Of a stretch of DNA of 64,000 bases, positions 12,650-23,492 are shown piece after piece. Numbering within the stretch: position 1 is the first letter of the stretch; the number at the start of each line of letters is the position of its first letter. The stretch spans positions 22,707,259 to 22,771,258 of the forward strand of contig NC_090411.1 of NCBI RefSeq assembly GCF_036365525.1. Reading direction: 5' to 3'. A program made the position numbers and the translations under genes. The notes beneath the pieces are model-generated. The model did no database searches, was not told the origin of the DNA, and worked only from the letters and a program-made list of their open reading frames with translations. Origin of the DNA: Heterodontus francisci. Taxonomy: Eukaryota.

Positions 12650-13017
12650 CAGTTTGGTTAAGTTGGTAGCACTCTCATCTCAGTCAGAAAGGCATTGGTT
12701 TAAGGCCAGCTCCCAGGACCTAAGCGTATAATCTAGGCAGGCATTGAGACATTAAACCGTGTCTCCCTCTGCCCTCTCAAATGGCTGTAAAATATCTCAC
12801 AGTGCTATTCAAAGAAAATCAGTGGCATTCTCCTGGTGTCCTGGCTCACCTCAACCAACAGCAAAGACAAATTATCTGGTCATTTATCTCATTGTTGCTT
12901 GTGGGATCTTCTTGTTTACAAACTAGTTGCCGTATTTGCCTACTTAACAACAATGCACTTTATAAGCCATTCTTCGGGATGTCCTGAGGATATCAACGGC
13001 ACTATATAAATGCAAGC
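12650..13017 (+). mobile_element. DeuSINE (SacSINE1-like), degenerate
   Basis: Head, partial Deu domain and ctatataaatgcaag tail similar to 1928-2345. Confidence 0.75.
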
Positions 13018-13869
13018 TTTTTCCTTAATAGCTAGTTGCGGATAACAAACCAAAAATCATCTGTAGTGTTGCTTCCACAGAACGTATCTCACATCTTTGA
13101 AATATGATACAGCCTCACAATCTCCTACCTGGTTTCAGCTTTTAACTATTAAACAAATTAATTGAGCATAGATGGGCAAGAAAACATATAACAGTAATTT
13201 GATACATGTATATTAAATGTACTAACTAACAATAAATGGTTACAATTGGCATGCTAAGCTATTATTTTGTAGTTAACATTTATACATTTATTTACTTTCC
13301 AACTGTGTGAGTAACTGCCCAATCTGTCTTTCTGAACATTCCAAACTAATTACATGGAATATACAACACAGAAACAGGCCATTCGCCCCAACAGTCTATG
13401 TCGGTGTTCATGTTCCACACAAACCTCCTCCTGTTCTTCCTCATTTAACTATCAGCATATCCCTCTATTCCCTTCTCCCTCATATGCTTATCTAGCTTCC
13501 CCTTAAATGCAACTACACCATTTGCCTTAACTACTCCCCATGGTAACGAGTTCCACATTCCCACCACTCTCTGGTTAATGAACTTTATCCTGAATTCACT
13601 ATTTGATTTCTTGGTGATATCTTACGTCGATGCTTCAGCATCCATATGGTGCTTTCAATGGCAGGCAAGTCGGGTGGTTGCGTGGGCCTGGTTGGGTCCC
13701 TATTCCGCTGCTGTGTGAAGATTCCTAATCCGCATCTTACACCTGCAGAGAGTAACCTTGTTCTCCCGAGAGCCAATTGCTGATATGCTCAGGGATATCA
13801 AACAATGGAGGCACCGGGGGGAGCTATATTACTCGGTAATGATAAATGATCAGGTTTTGGTGATCCAAA

Positions 13870-15015
13870 GCTAACTGATGGGCAAGGACTAATGGGGGTA
13901 CATTGACGGAGGTACACTCATAGGAATTATACTGACTCATGTTGTGTATTGTAGTATAGATCGATTGTTGTCTACAGAAATCTCGGAATCTTTCTAGGGC
14001 TAAAGACCTATTATTTATTATATACATATAGCTATTTACACTCTCTACAAGCCTATCTAGCCATCACACCTCGTGCTGCTTCCAGCTTCTTCCAAGCCTC
14101 ATACTCAAGTGACTATTACATCATCATCACTACAGTGGGAGGGGTTTACTCTCACTGTCTCAAACATTAATTCTTTCAGTCCCTTATACTTCAGGGTTCA
14201 CAATGGGGATTACACTGATGGGGGTACATTGATGAGGGGACTCTGATAGGAGTTACACTGATTAGGGGTACACTGATTGGGGGAACACCAATGGAGGTAC
14301 ACTGATGGGTGTTGACTAATTTGGTAGACTGATGGAGGTAGTCTGATGGGACAGTGCACTGATGGGAGGGAGCACTGATGTGGAGATACTGATAAGGGCC
14401 CACTGATTATGGAGGGACACTGATGGGGGGAATACTGATGGCAGGGACTTTGCGGGGGGGGTCACTGATTTGGGGGACACTGATAGGGTCACTTACTGGT
14501 GGGACACTGATGGGGATCAGTAATTGTGGGTCACTGATTGGGTTACACAGATAGGGAGGTCACTGATGGGGGAGCACTGATGGGATAACTGATGGCGGGG
14601 GAACAATGAAAGGGTTTCATTGCTATGGGGTATAATGATGGAGTTACACTGGGAGGTAAACAGATAACAATTATAGTGATGGTACACTGATCATGGGTAC
14701 ACTGATGAGGTTGCACTGATGGCAGAACACTGATAAAGGAGACAAATAGGTTGAGACTAATGAGGAGTGGAGATGGGGGGGAACACTGGATGAGAGTACA
14801 CTGATAGGGTTTACATTGATTAAGGGTGCACTGATGGAGGTACACAGATGGTGGGTCCAAAGAGGTATACCAATGGGGTACACTGTTGCGGCTACACAGA
14901 CAGAGATTACATTTAAATGGGGGTACACAGATTGTGAGGTTGGGAGGAATCTGACAGGGAATAGCGGGATATGAGGGCAGGGTGGGAAAGGACATTAGAG
15001 TGAAGGGATACACAC
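13870..15015. repeat. Degenerate ~14-15 bp minisatellite (GGGGTACACTGATG-like), interrupted at ~13940-14193
   Basis: Dozens of cactgat(g/a/t)gg variants in tandem. Confidence 0.85.
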
Positions 15016-17135
15016 TGGAGTCACAATACAGTCATAGACTAGTTGGGCCAAATAGCCTGTTTCTGTGCCAAAAACTCCATGTACTTTTATATAGCCCCTT
15101 ACAGCTTTAATTAAACACCCCATACTACATTACAGAGCCCACACAGCTTTACACAGCCCCATACAGCTTTAAATAAACTGCCCTTACAGCTTTAAATACA
15201 CAGCCCCATACAACTTTAAATAAACTGCCCTTACAGCTTTAAATACACAGCCCCATACAACTTTAAATAAACTGCCCTTACAGCTTTAAATACACAGCCC
15301 CATACAACTTTAAATAAACTGCCCTTACAGCTTTAAATACACAGCCCCATACAGCTTTAAATACACAGATCAATACAGTTATAAATTCATAGTCCCATAC
15401 AGTTTTATAAGGTCCCAAACGACTTTAACTGCAGCCGCAAACAATTTTACAGCTTTTTGGATCTGGGGCTTCATAAATAGAGGTATTGGCCTGAATTTTA
15501 TGCAAGTGGTGGGGGATCTACCTGAGCCAGAAAGGCAAGCGGAACCCCACTTCAACCATTTGGGGGACACCCGGCTGCATTTTAGGGGGCTCAGGCAGTG
15601 AGCTTTAAATACATAGCTCCATATAGCTATAAATATAAAGCCATACAGTTTTAAATAAACAGCCCTATACAGCTTTAAACTCACTGGCCCATACAGCTTT
15701 AAATACACAGCTTGAAACTCGATGGTCCATTCAGCTATACTGATCAGTACAGCTATAAATACAGTCCCATACACCTTTAAATAAACAGCCTGACGCAGCT
15801 TTAAATACAAAGCCACACACAGCTTTTTAAATAGACAGCCTCATACAGCTTTAAATACAGATCCATGCATCCATAAATGCTATTCCCCATAAAGCTTTAA
15901 ATAAAGCCCCATAAAGCTTTTGCTACACAGTCCCATGGAACATTAAATACACAGCTCCATACAGCTTTAAACTCAGTCCAATAGAGCTTTGGATATACAT
16001 CCCTATACAGCATTAATACAGATTCATACATAAATAAATCCAAAGCCCCACACAGCTTTAAATACAGCTGCATTCACTTTTAAATATACAGCTCCTACGG
16101 ATTTCAATACACAGTCCCATACAGCTTTAAAAACAGTCCCTTAGAGCTTTAAATACCTGTGCCTTATGTCTTTAACTACAGTCCAATGCAGCTTTAATAC
16201 AGATCCAAACATCTTTAAATGCAGATCCATACAGCTTAAAATACAGCCCATACACCTTTAAACACACAATCCCATGGACCTTTAAATACACAGCCCAATA
16301 TATTTTAAATTCACAATCCTATACAACTTAAAGAAACAGCACCCTGCAACATTAAATGTAATCCCACACAGGTTTAAATACACCACAAAAAAGATTTAAA
16401 TACAGGCCCATGAAGCTAAAACTTACTACCCCTTACAGCATTAAATACACTGCCCCATACAGCATTAAATACACTACCCCATACAGCATTAAATACAGCT
16501 GCATACGGTTTTAAATACACTGCCCAATACATCCTTACACAGCTTCATACACCTTTAAGTACACAGTCCCATACAGCTTTAAATACACAGTACCATACTA
16601 CATTAAATATAAAGGCCAATACAAATTTAAATACAGCCCTATCAGCTTTAAATGTATAGTCCCATGTAGTTTTAAATACAAAAGTCCCATCCATCTTTAA
16701 ATACACAGCCCCATACAACTTTAAATACAGCTGCAGGCACCCTTAAATATAAAGCTACATACACTTCTAAATACACAGCCCCATGCAGCTTTAAATACAT
16801 GGCTCCTTACAGCATTAATACAGATCCATACATTATTAAATACAGTTCCTTACTTCATTAAATACATACACCCATACAGCTTTAACTACACAGTCTCATA
16901 CACATTTAAATGCACATCCCCAAACAGCTTTGACTACTGCCCAATAAACTTTAAATACACTGCTGCATACAGCATAAAATGCACAGCCCCAAAGAGCTTT
17001 AAATATACAATGCTTTGCAGCCTTAAATACACAGCCCCATTCAGCATTAAATATAGACACATACACCTTTCATACAGACCCCAATATAGTTGCTTGGTAG
17101 TACAGAACTTGAGTATTACTGAAAATAGAGACATG

Positions 17136-17171
17136 TTGTCAAAGCTTTTCACCTTGCACTCATCAGGACAA
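17136..17171 (-). ncRNA. Minimal type I hammerhead ribozyme (degenerate stem II)
   Basis: Minus strand: TTGTC CTGATGA GT-GCAAG-GT GAAA AGCT TT GACAA. Confidence 0.7.
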
Positions 17172-18643
17172 TCAGCAAGAATATCAATGAAGGGAAACAA
17201 CTTTATACTGTACGAGAAGAGAGTGCTGATTGGTTAGAAAGTGAATGCTGATTGGCAGAGCCATTGCCTTGGAGAATGTACCAGTTTATGGTGACTGACA
17301 GTTAACTGCCAAGCATTGTTTGAAATTTAAACCAGACAGCTTGATTGGTCAAGGCATTGCCCTGAGGAGTGAGCCAGCGAATGGCTATCACTTATTTTGT
17401 TTAGCTGGAAGAGGCACAATGTTTGTACATGCTTTTTCTGTTTGCAAAGAACAGGGCCCTGTGTATTAATATATGTAACTTCCAGTACATGCAAATGTGC
17501 CACACTGCAAGCTCTACTGACAATCTTAAATTTGTTATCAGTGTGATTCTTAGCATACTGAGGATTATTTAGCAAATGCTGTCCAATCGTGGAATCACAT
17601 CTAATGTTGGACATTGTGTTTTGTGTTTTGCAAGCACGGACTGTTTAGGTATGGCCTGTACCTTGCCCATTGCAAACAGCGGAAGGGACATGTTGCTTGA
17701 TACGATCTGCCAGTCTTTGGGACGTACGGCCTATATACCTAGCATCACACTGGCATTGAACTTTATATATCACATTACTCATTTGTGTGATAGGCAGGAC
17801 GTCTTTTTGGCTCGACGGCAGCATCCTGTTAGTGGCGAACACCACACGTGTTGCTACTGCATAGTAGCAGCGTAAAAGCACTAGCTTTACCTGTTGCTCA
17901 AATTTTTGGGATACATTACCCTTCCAGGGTAATTTGAGGTAGACTGGGCACTTTTCAGGGCCGTCTATGATGGCCATAGGTCCGTTCATAAGTTTGCGCG
18001 ATATACAGCGAGAAATGATCTGATCACGCAGGATGTCTTTGACTCGCCCTATTTCAGCATCAAGCTTGCGTGGTGAGCAAGTGGCTTTGGCCCTATTTAC
18101 GAAGTTGCCGTTAAGGCCAACCTTATAGCACATGGAACTGTAAGAATCCCAACGCGTGTATTGACCAGTGAAGGTAGGTTTGCGGTAGACCGTTGTAGGG
18201 AACCCCTTAGCAGATTTCTCAACTAGTACGTCAAGGAAAGGGAGTTCATTCGACTGCTCCATTTCAAAGGTAAATTTGAGCGCAGGATGGAGCCCATAAA
18301 GACGGATGAGGAAATTATTGCATGTAGCTGCGGATTCAAATATAGCAAACGTATCAACCACATATCGGAAATATGCCAGAGGTAGGAGGTTAGGTGTCAT
18401 TCCCTCAAAGACACATTTCTCATGGGCCCAACAAAGATGTTTGCAAGAGCTGGGCCGAGAGGGGATCCCTTGGCAACACCATCTATTTGGGCATACATGG
18501 TGTTGTTAAAACTGAACTCGTGTGGTGTTTGCCACTAACAGGATGTTGCTGTCAAGCCAAAAAGATAGCCTGTCTATCACACAAATGAGTAATGTGATAT
18601 ATGAATTTCAATGCCAGTGTGATACTAGGTATATAGGCTGTAC

Positions 18644-19084
18644 TAAAGGCCTGCTATCCGACCCGAACCCGATGGGACTCGACGACATGTGTCGGAATCG
18701 GGTCGGGTCGGGCTCCTCTTCCAGGTCTGGCTTTCGGGCTCGGCTCGGGTCGGGCCGAGTCCAGGTCGGGCCGGACACACATGGCAAGTGCTCTGCTGGT
18801 AAGTATTAAAATTTAAAAAAAATTACCCGAGCTGGGAGTCCGGGACGAAACTGAGTCTGCGCAGTGAGCGAGTGACATCACTATGACGTCATCGCGCATG
18901 CGCTGCAACTTCGTGGAGCTTCCCAGTCGGAAGGTAAGCAAAGTGAGGGTCAGGCTCAGGTCGGGTCGAGTCGGGGTCGGGCTCAGGTCGGGCCAGGCTC
19001 GAGGCAAAATCGGAGGGGCTCAGGTCCGCTGTGGTTTGGTCGAGATTGGGTCGGGTTCTTTTTCCCGACCTGAGCAGGCCTTTA
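18644..19084. mobile_element. Non-autonomous hAT-type DNA transposon (441 bp)
   Basis: Perfect 12-bp TIR TAAAGGCCTGCT/AGCAGGCCTTTA; 8-bp TSD GGCTGTAC/GGCCGTAC; many subterminal CCCGA/TCGGG motifs; interrupts the Penelope YIG motif. Confidence 0.9.
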
Positions 19085-19642
19085 GGCCGTACATCCCAAA
19101 GACTGGTGGAACGTATCAAACAACATGTCCCTTCCGCTGTTTGCAACGGGCAAGGTACAGGCTGTACACAACCAACCCATGCTTGCAAAACTCAAAACAC
19201 AGTGTCCAATATTAGATGTGATTCCGCAATTGGACAACATTTGCTAAATAATCCTCAGTGTGCTAAGAATTACGCTGACAACCAATTTAAGATTGTCAGT
19301 GTTGCACATTTGTGCATACTGGAAGTTACATATATTATTACACAGGGCCCTGTTCTTTGCAGACAGAAAGAACATGTACACACATTGTGCCTGTTCCAGC
19401 TAAACAAAAGAAGTGACAGCAATTCGCTGGTTCATTCCTCAGGGCAATGCCTTGACCAAATCAGAGTCAAGCTGCCTGGTTTAAATTTCAGACAAAGCTT
19501 GGCAGTTAACTGTCAGTCACCATAAACTGGTGCATTCTTCATGGCAACGCCTCTACCAATCAGAGTTCAATTGCCAACCATTCAGCACTCTCTTCTCATA
19601 TACTATAAAGTCGTTGTTTCCCTTCATTGGTATTCTTGCATA

Positions 19643-19678
19643 TTGTCCTGATGAGTGCAAGACGAAAAGCTTCGACAA
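19643..19678 (+). ncRNA. Minimal type I hammerhead ribozyme
   Basis: TTGTC CTGATGA GT-GCAAG-AC GAAA AGCT TC GACAA: 5-bp stem I, intact core, 2-bp stem II, palindromic AAGCTT helix III. Confidence 0.85.
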
Positions 19679-21464
19679 CATGTCTCTATTTTCAGCAAGA
19701 CCCAAATATCTTCAAATACACAGCTCTGTACAATTTAAATACACAGCCACATACAGCATTAAATACAGCCCCAGACACCTTTAAATACAAAGCTCCATAC
19801 AGCTTTAAATACACAGATTTTGTGCTCTGTGTGTGGCTTTGTAATGTTTTTAGCACATAAGGTTAGGTTGTATACAGTAGGAGAGAATGATGGAAGTGAG
19901 AGAGTGAATATGATCCAGATACACACGCACAGGCAGTAACAGGACTGAAGGCACTCCAGAGAACACACTGTAATACTGGTATTCATGTAGTATCCTCACT
20001 GAACCTACTGTCAGGCTGGAAGCTAGAAAAAGTTAAACCATAGACTCACTTCTTTTAGACTGAAATAACTAATCAAATTCAATTATAATTAATCAATTGC
20101 AATAGACAAACATTATCCATCACAGGAAGGATGCATAAAAGGTGTATGTTCTGTTAAAGACAACCCAATAAGCTGTACATCAGTAATCATTCAGTTCCGA
20201 GTGGTTTGCATTTGTGAAAACGGTATAATGTATGCTTTCATTATAGAGTTTCTTCTTTCTGACATGTTCAGAGTGAGAAACAGCAATGATGGATGGGTGC
20301 CACAACATATTTTTTAACAATGTTTAATGTAGTGTCATTTGGCTCAACGGTAGCGCTCGTGCCTCTGAATCAGAAGGTTGTGGGTACATAGAATGAACAG
20401 CACCACAAACTGGCCATTCGGCCTAACTAGCCCATGGCGGTGTTCATGCTTCACACAAATCTCCTCCCACCATGTTTCATCTAATCCAATAGCATGATTT
20501 CCTATCCCTTTCTCCCTCATGTACTTACCGAGCTTCCCCTTAAATGCATCTAAGCCATTCAACTCAACTCTTGCTATGGTAGTGAAATCCACATTCTAAC
20601 CATTCTCCGGGGTAAAGAGGATTCCCCATTGGATTTATCAGTAGCTATCTTATATTTATCACCCTCCATTTTGGACTCCTCCAACAGTGAAAACATCTTT
20701 CTACGTCTACCCTGTCAATCCCCTTCATAATGCTAAAGACCTCTAGTAGCTCATCCCGCAGCCTTCTTTTTTCTAGAGAAAAGAGCCCCAGCCTGTTCAG
20801 TTTATCCTGTTAGTTATAACCTCTTAGTTCTGGTATCTTAGTAAATGTTTTCTGCACCGTCTCCAGTGCCTGTATATCCCTTTTATAATATTGGGACCAG
20901 AACTGTGCATGGTACTCAAAGTGTGGTCTCGAATTGGATTAGAATCCTAGCCCCTTTTTGGGACTATCCTGGATCGGGCGATCTGGTGATCCCAGATGAT
21001 CACTCTCATTTACGGTTGAGAAAGACAGATCTCAGAGGCACTTGAATAGGTCTGAAGAACTGATCTCACTCTCCCCGAAGGAAAGGAACCAGGAGAGGAT
21101 GTCCCCGTCCTCCAGGTAATCTTTTCAACAAGTTTTAGCCAGATTATAACAACCCAGATATTATAAGGGTCCGGGGATCTCTCCTCAATAATGTACTTAT
21201 CATAGAAATCATAAAAGGTTTACCGCACAGAAAGAGGCCACTTGGCCCATCATGACTGCGCCAGCCAAAAAACGAGCCACCCAGCCTAATCTCACCTTCC
21301 AGCATTTGGTCCGTAGCCCTGCACTTGAGGTGCATATCCAGACACCTTTTAAATGAGTTGAGGGTTTCTGCCTCTACTTCTCTTTCGGGCAGTGAGTTCC
21401 TTACCCCCACCCTCTGGGTGAAAAAGTTTTTCCTTATCTCCCCTCCAATCTTTCTACCAATCAC

Positions 21465-23492
21465 AGCCCACTTCTACCTCCTTCCCAAAATCCACAAACG
21501 GGACTGTCCCGGCAGACCCATTGTGTCAGCCTGTTCCTGCCCCACTGAACTTATTTCTTCCTATCTTGACTCTATCTTTTCTCCGCTGGTCCAGTCTCTT
21601 CCCACCTACATCTGTGACTCTTCTGACGCCAAACGTCATTTTGACAATTTCCAGTTTCCTGGTCCCAACCGCCTCCTCTTCACTATGGACGTCCAATCAC
21701 TCTACACCTCCATCCCCCACCAGGATGGTTTAAGGGCACTCCACTTCTTCCTTGAACAGAGGCCCAACCAGTCCCCATCCACCACCACCCTCCTCCACCT
21801 GGCTGAACTTGTTTTCACATTGAACAACTTCTCCTTCAACTCCACTCACTTCCTTCAAGTAAAAAGTGTTGCTATGGGTACCCGCATGGGTCCTAGTTAT
21901 GCCTGTCTTTTTGTGGGATATGTTGAACATTCTTTGTTCCAGTCCTACTCAGGCCCCCTCCCCCAACTCTTTTTCCGGTCCATTGATGACTGGATAGGTG
22001 CCGTTTCCTGCTCCCGCCCCGAACTGGAAAACTTTATCAACTTTGCTTCCAATTTCCACCCTTCTCTCACCTTTACATGGTACATCTCTAACACTTCTCT
22101 TCCCTTCCTCGACTTCTCTGTCTCCATCTCTGGGGATAGGTTGTCTACTAATATCCATTATAAGCCCACCGACTCCCACAGCTACCTCGACTACACTTCT
22201 TCACACCCTACCTCCTGTAAGGACTCCATTCCATTCTCCCAGTTTTTCCGTCTCCGACGCATCTGCTCTGATGATGCTACCTTCCATGACGGTGCTTCTG
22301 ATATGACCTCCTTTTTCCTCAACTGAGGATTCCCCCCACTGTTGTTGACAGGGCCCTCAACCGTGTCCGGCCCATTTCCCGCACCTCTACCCTCCCCCCT
22401 TCCCCTCCCTCCCAGAACTGTGACAGGGTTCCCCTTGTCCTCACTTTCCACCCCATCAGCCTCCATATCCAAAGGATCATTGTCCGCCATTTCTGCCACC
22501 TCCAGCGTGATGCCACAACCAAACGCATCTTCCCCTCCCTTCCCCTGTCAGCATTCCGAAGGGATTGTTCCCTCCGCGACACCCTGGTCCACTCCTCCAT
22601 TACCCCCACCACCTTCGTCCCTGTCCCATGGCACCTTCCCCTGCAATCGCAGGAGGTGTAATACCTGCCCATTTACCTCCTCTCTCCTTACTATCCCAGG
22701 CCCCAAACACTCCTTTCAGGTGAAGCAGCGATTTACTTGTACTTCTTTCAATGTAGTATACTGTATTCGCTGCTCACAATGTGGTCTCCTCTACATTGGG
22801 GAGACCAAACGCAGATTGGGTGACCGCTTTGCGAAACACCTCCGCTCAGTCCACGAGCAGGACCCTGAGCTTCCGGTTGTTTGCCATTTCAACACTCCCC
22901 CCTGCTCTCATGCTCACATCTCTATCCTGGGCTTGCTGCAGTGTTCCAGTGAACATCAACGCAAGCTCGAGGAACAGCATCTCATTTACCGATTAGGCAC
23001 ACTACAGCCTGCCGGACTGAACATTGAGTTCAATAATTTCAGAGCATGACGGGCCCCCCATTTTACTTTTATTTTTCGCTTTTTTTTCTTTTTTTCTTTT
23101 TTACATTTTTTACAATTTTTTTATGTTTATTTCATTTCATCTTAGTTTGTTCAGTTTGCTTACCCACTTTTTTTTTTCATGTTTGTACTTGCTGCTGTTC
23201 AATCTTCAGTCCATTAACACCCTATCTGTACTAATGCTTTGTCTTTCAACATACCATTAACATACTGTTTGCCTTTGCTCCATGACCTTTTGGTCAGCTA
23301 TGTGGCCTTGTCCAATCTACACCTTCTCCTTTGTTATCTCTTGCCCCACCCCCGCATCACTTGCTTATAACCTTTGACATTTCTAATATTTGCCAGTTCC
23401 GAAGAAGGGTCACTGACCTGAAACGTTAACTCTGCTTCTCTTTCCACAGATGCTGCCAGACCTGCTGAGTGGTTCCAGCATTTCTTGTTTTT
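21465..23492 (+). mobile_element. Penelope-like element (Neptune-type), 5'-truncated, RT plus GIY-YIG
   Basis: FYLLPKIHK..PGRPIVS, TMDVQSLYTSIPH, AMGTRMGPSYA, RSIDD, LPFLD; TGA at 22324; GIY-YIG NVVYCIRCSQCGLLYIGETKRRLGDRF in ORF 22342..23049. Confidence 0.95.
23395..23431 (+). ncRNA. Minimal hammerhead ribozyme variant (CCGAAGA core)
   Basis: AGTT CCGAAGA AGGGTC-ACT-GACCT GAAA CG TT AACT; palindromic AACGTT helix III; lies in the Penelope 3' terminus. Confidence 0.7.

Larger units (their letters stand above)
17088..19697. mobile_element. Penelope-like element (Poseidon-type) in inverted arrangement: minus arm 17088-~18519, plus arm ~18519-19697
   Basis: Minus ORF 17645..18400 has YFRYVVDTF, LPFLDVLV, VYRKPT and GIY-YIG NVIYKVQCQCDARYIGRTSQRLADRIKQH; plus arm repeats the GIY-YIG and 3' end; candidate TSD AGACCCCAATAT/AGACCCAAATAT. 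Confidence 0.9.
15090..19815. repeat. ~24-bp minisatellite (ACAGCCCCATACAGCTTTAAATAC), split by a Penelope insertion at 17088-19697
   Basis: Units visible at 15090-17087 and again at 19698-19815; near-perfect 48-bp dimer run at ~15150-15365. Confidence 0.92.

Noticed and set aside
13940-14193. Solo LTR (TG...CA) inside the minisatellite
   Set aside because: Looks like an insertion but has no TSD and only a weak terminal inverted repeat
19840-20124. Solo LTR (TGTAATG...CATCACA)
   Set aside because: Flanks (GGCTT vs GGAAG) are not duplicated; no second copy
21325-22326. 333-aa ORF as an intact or domesticated reverse transcriptase
   Set aside because: N-terminus is antisense CR1 sequence fused by insertion; catalytic motif is SIDD; premature stop
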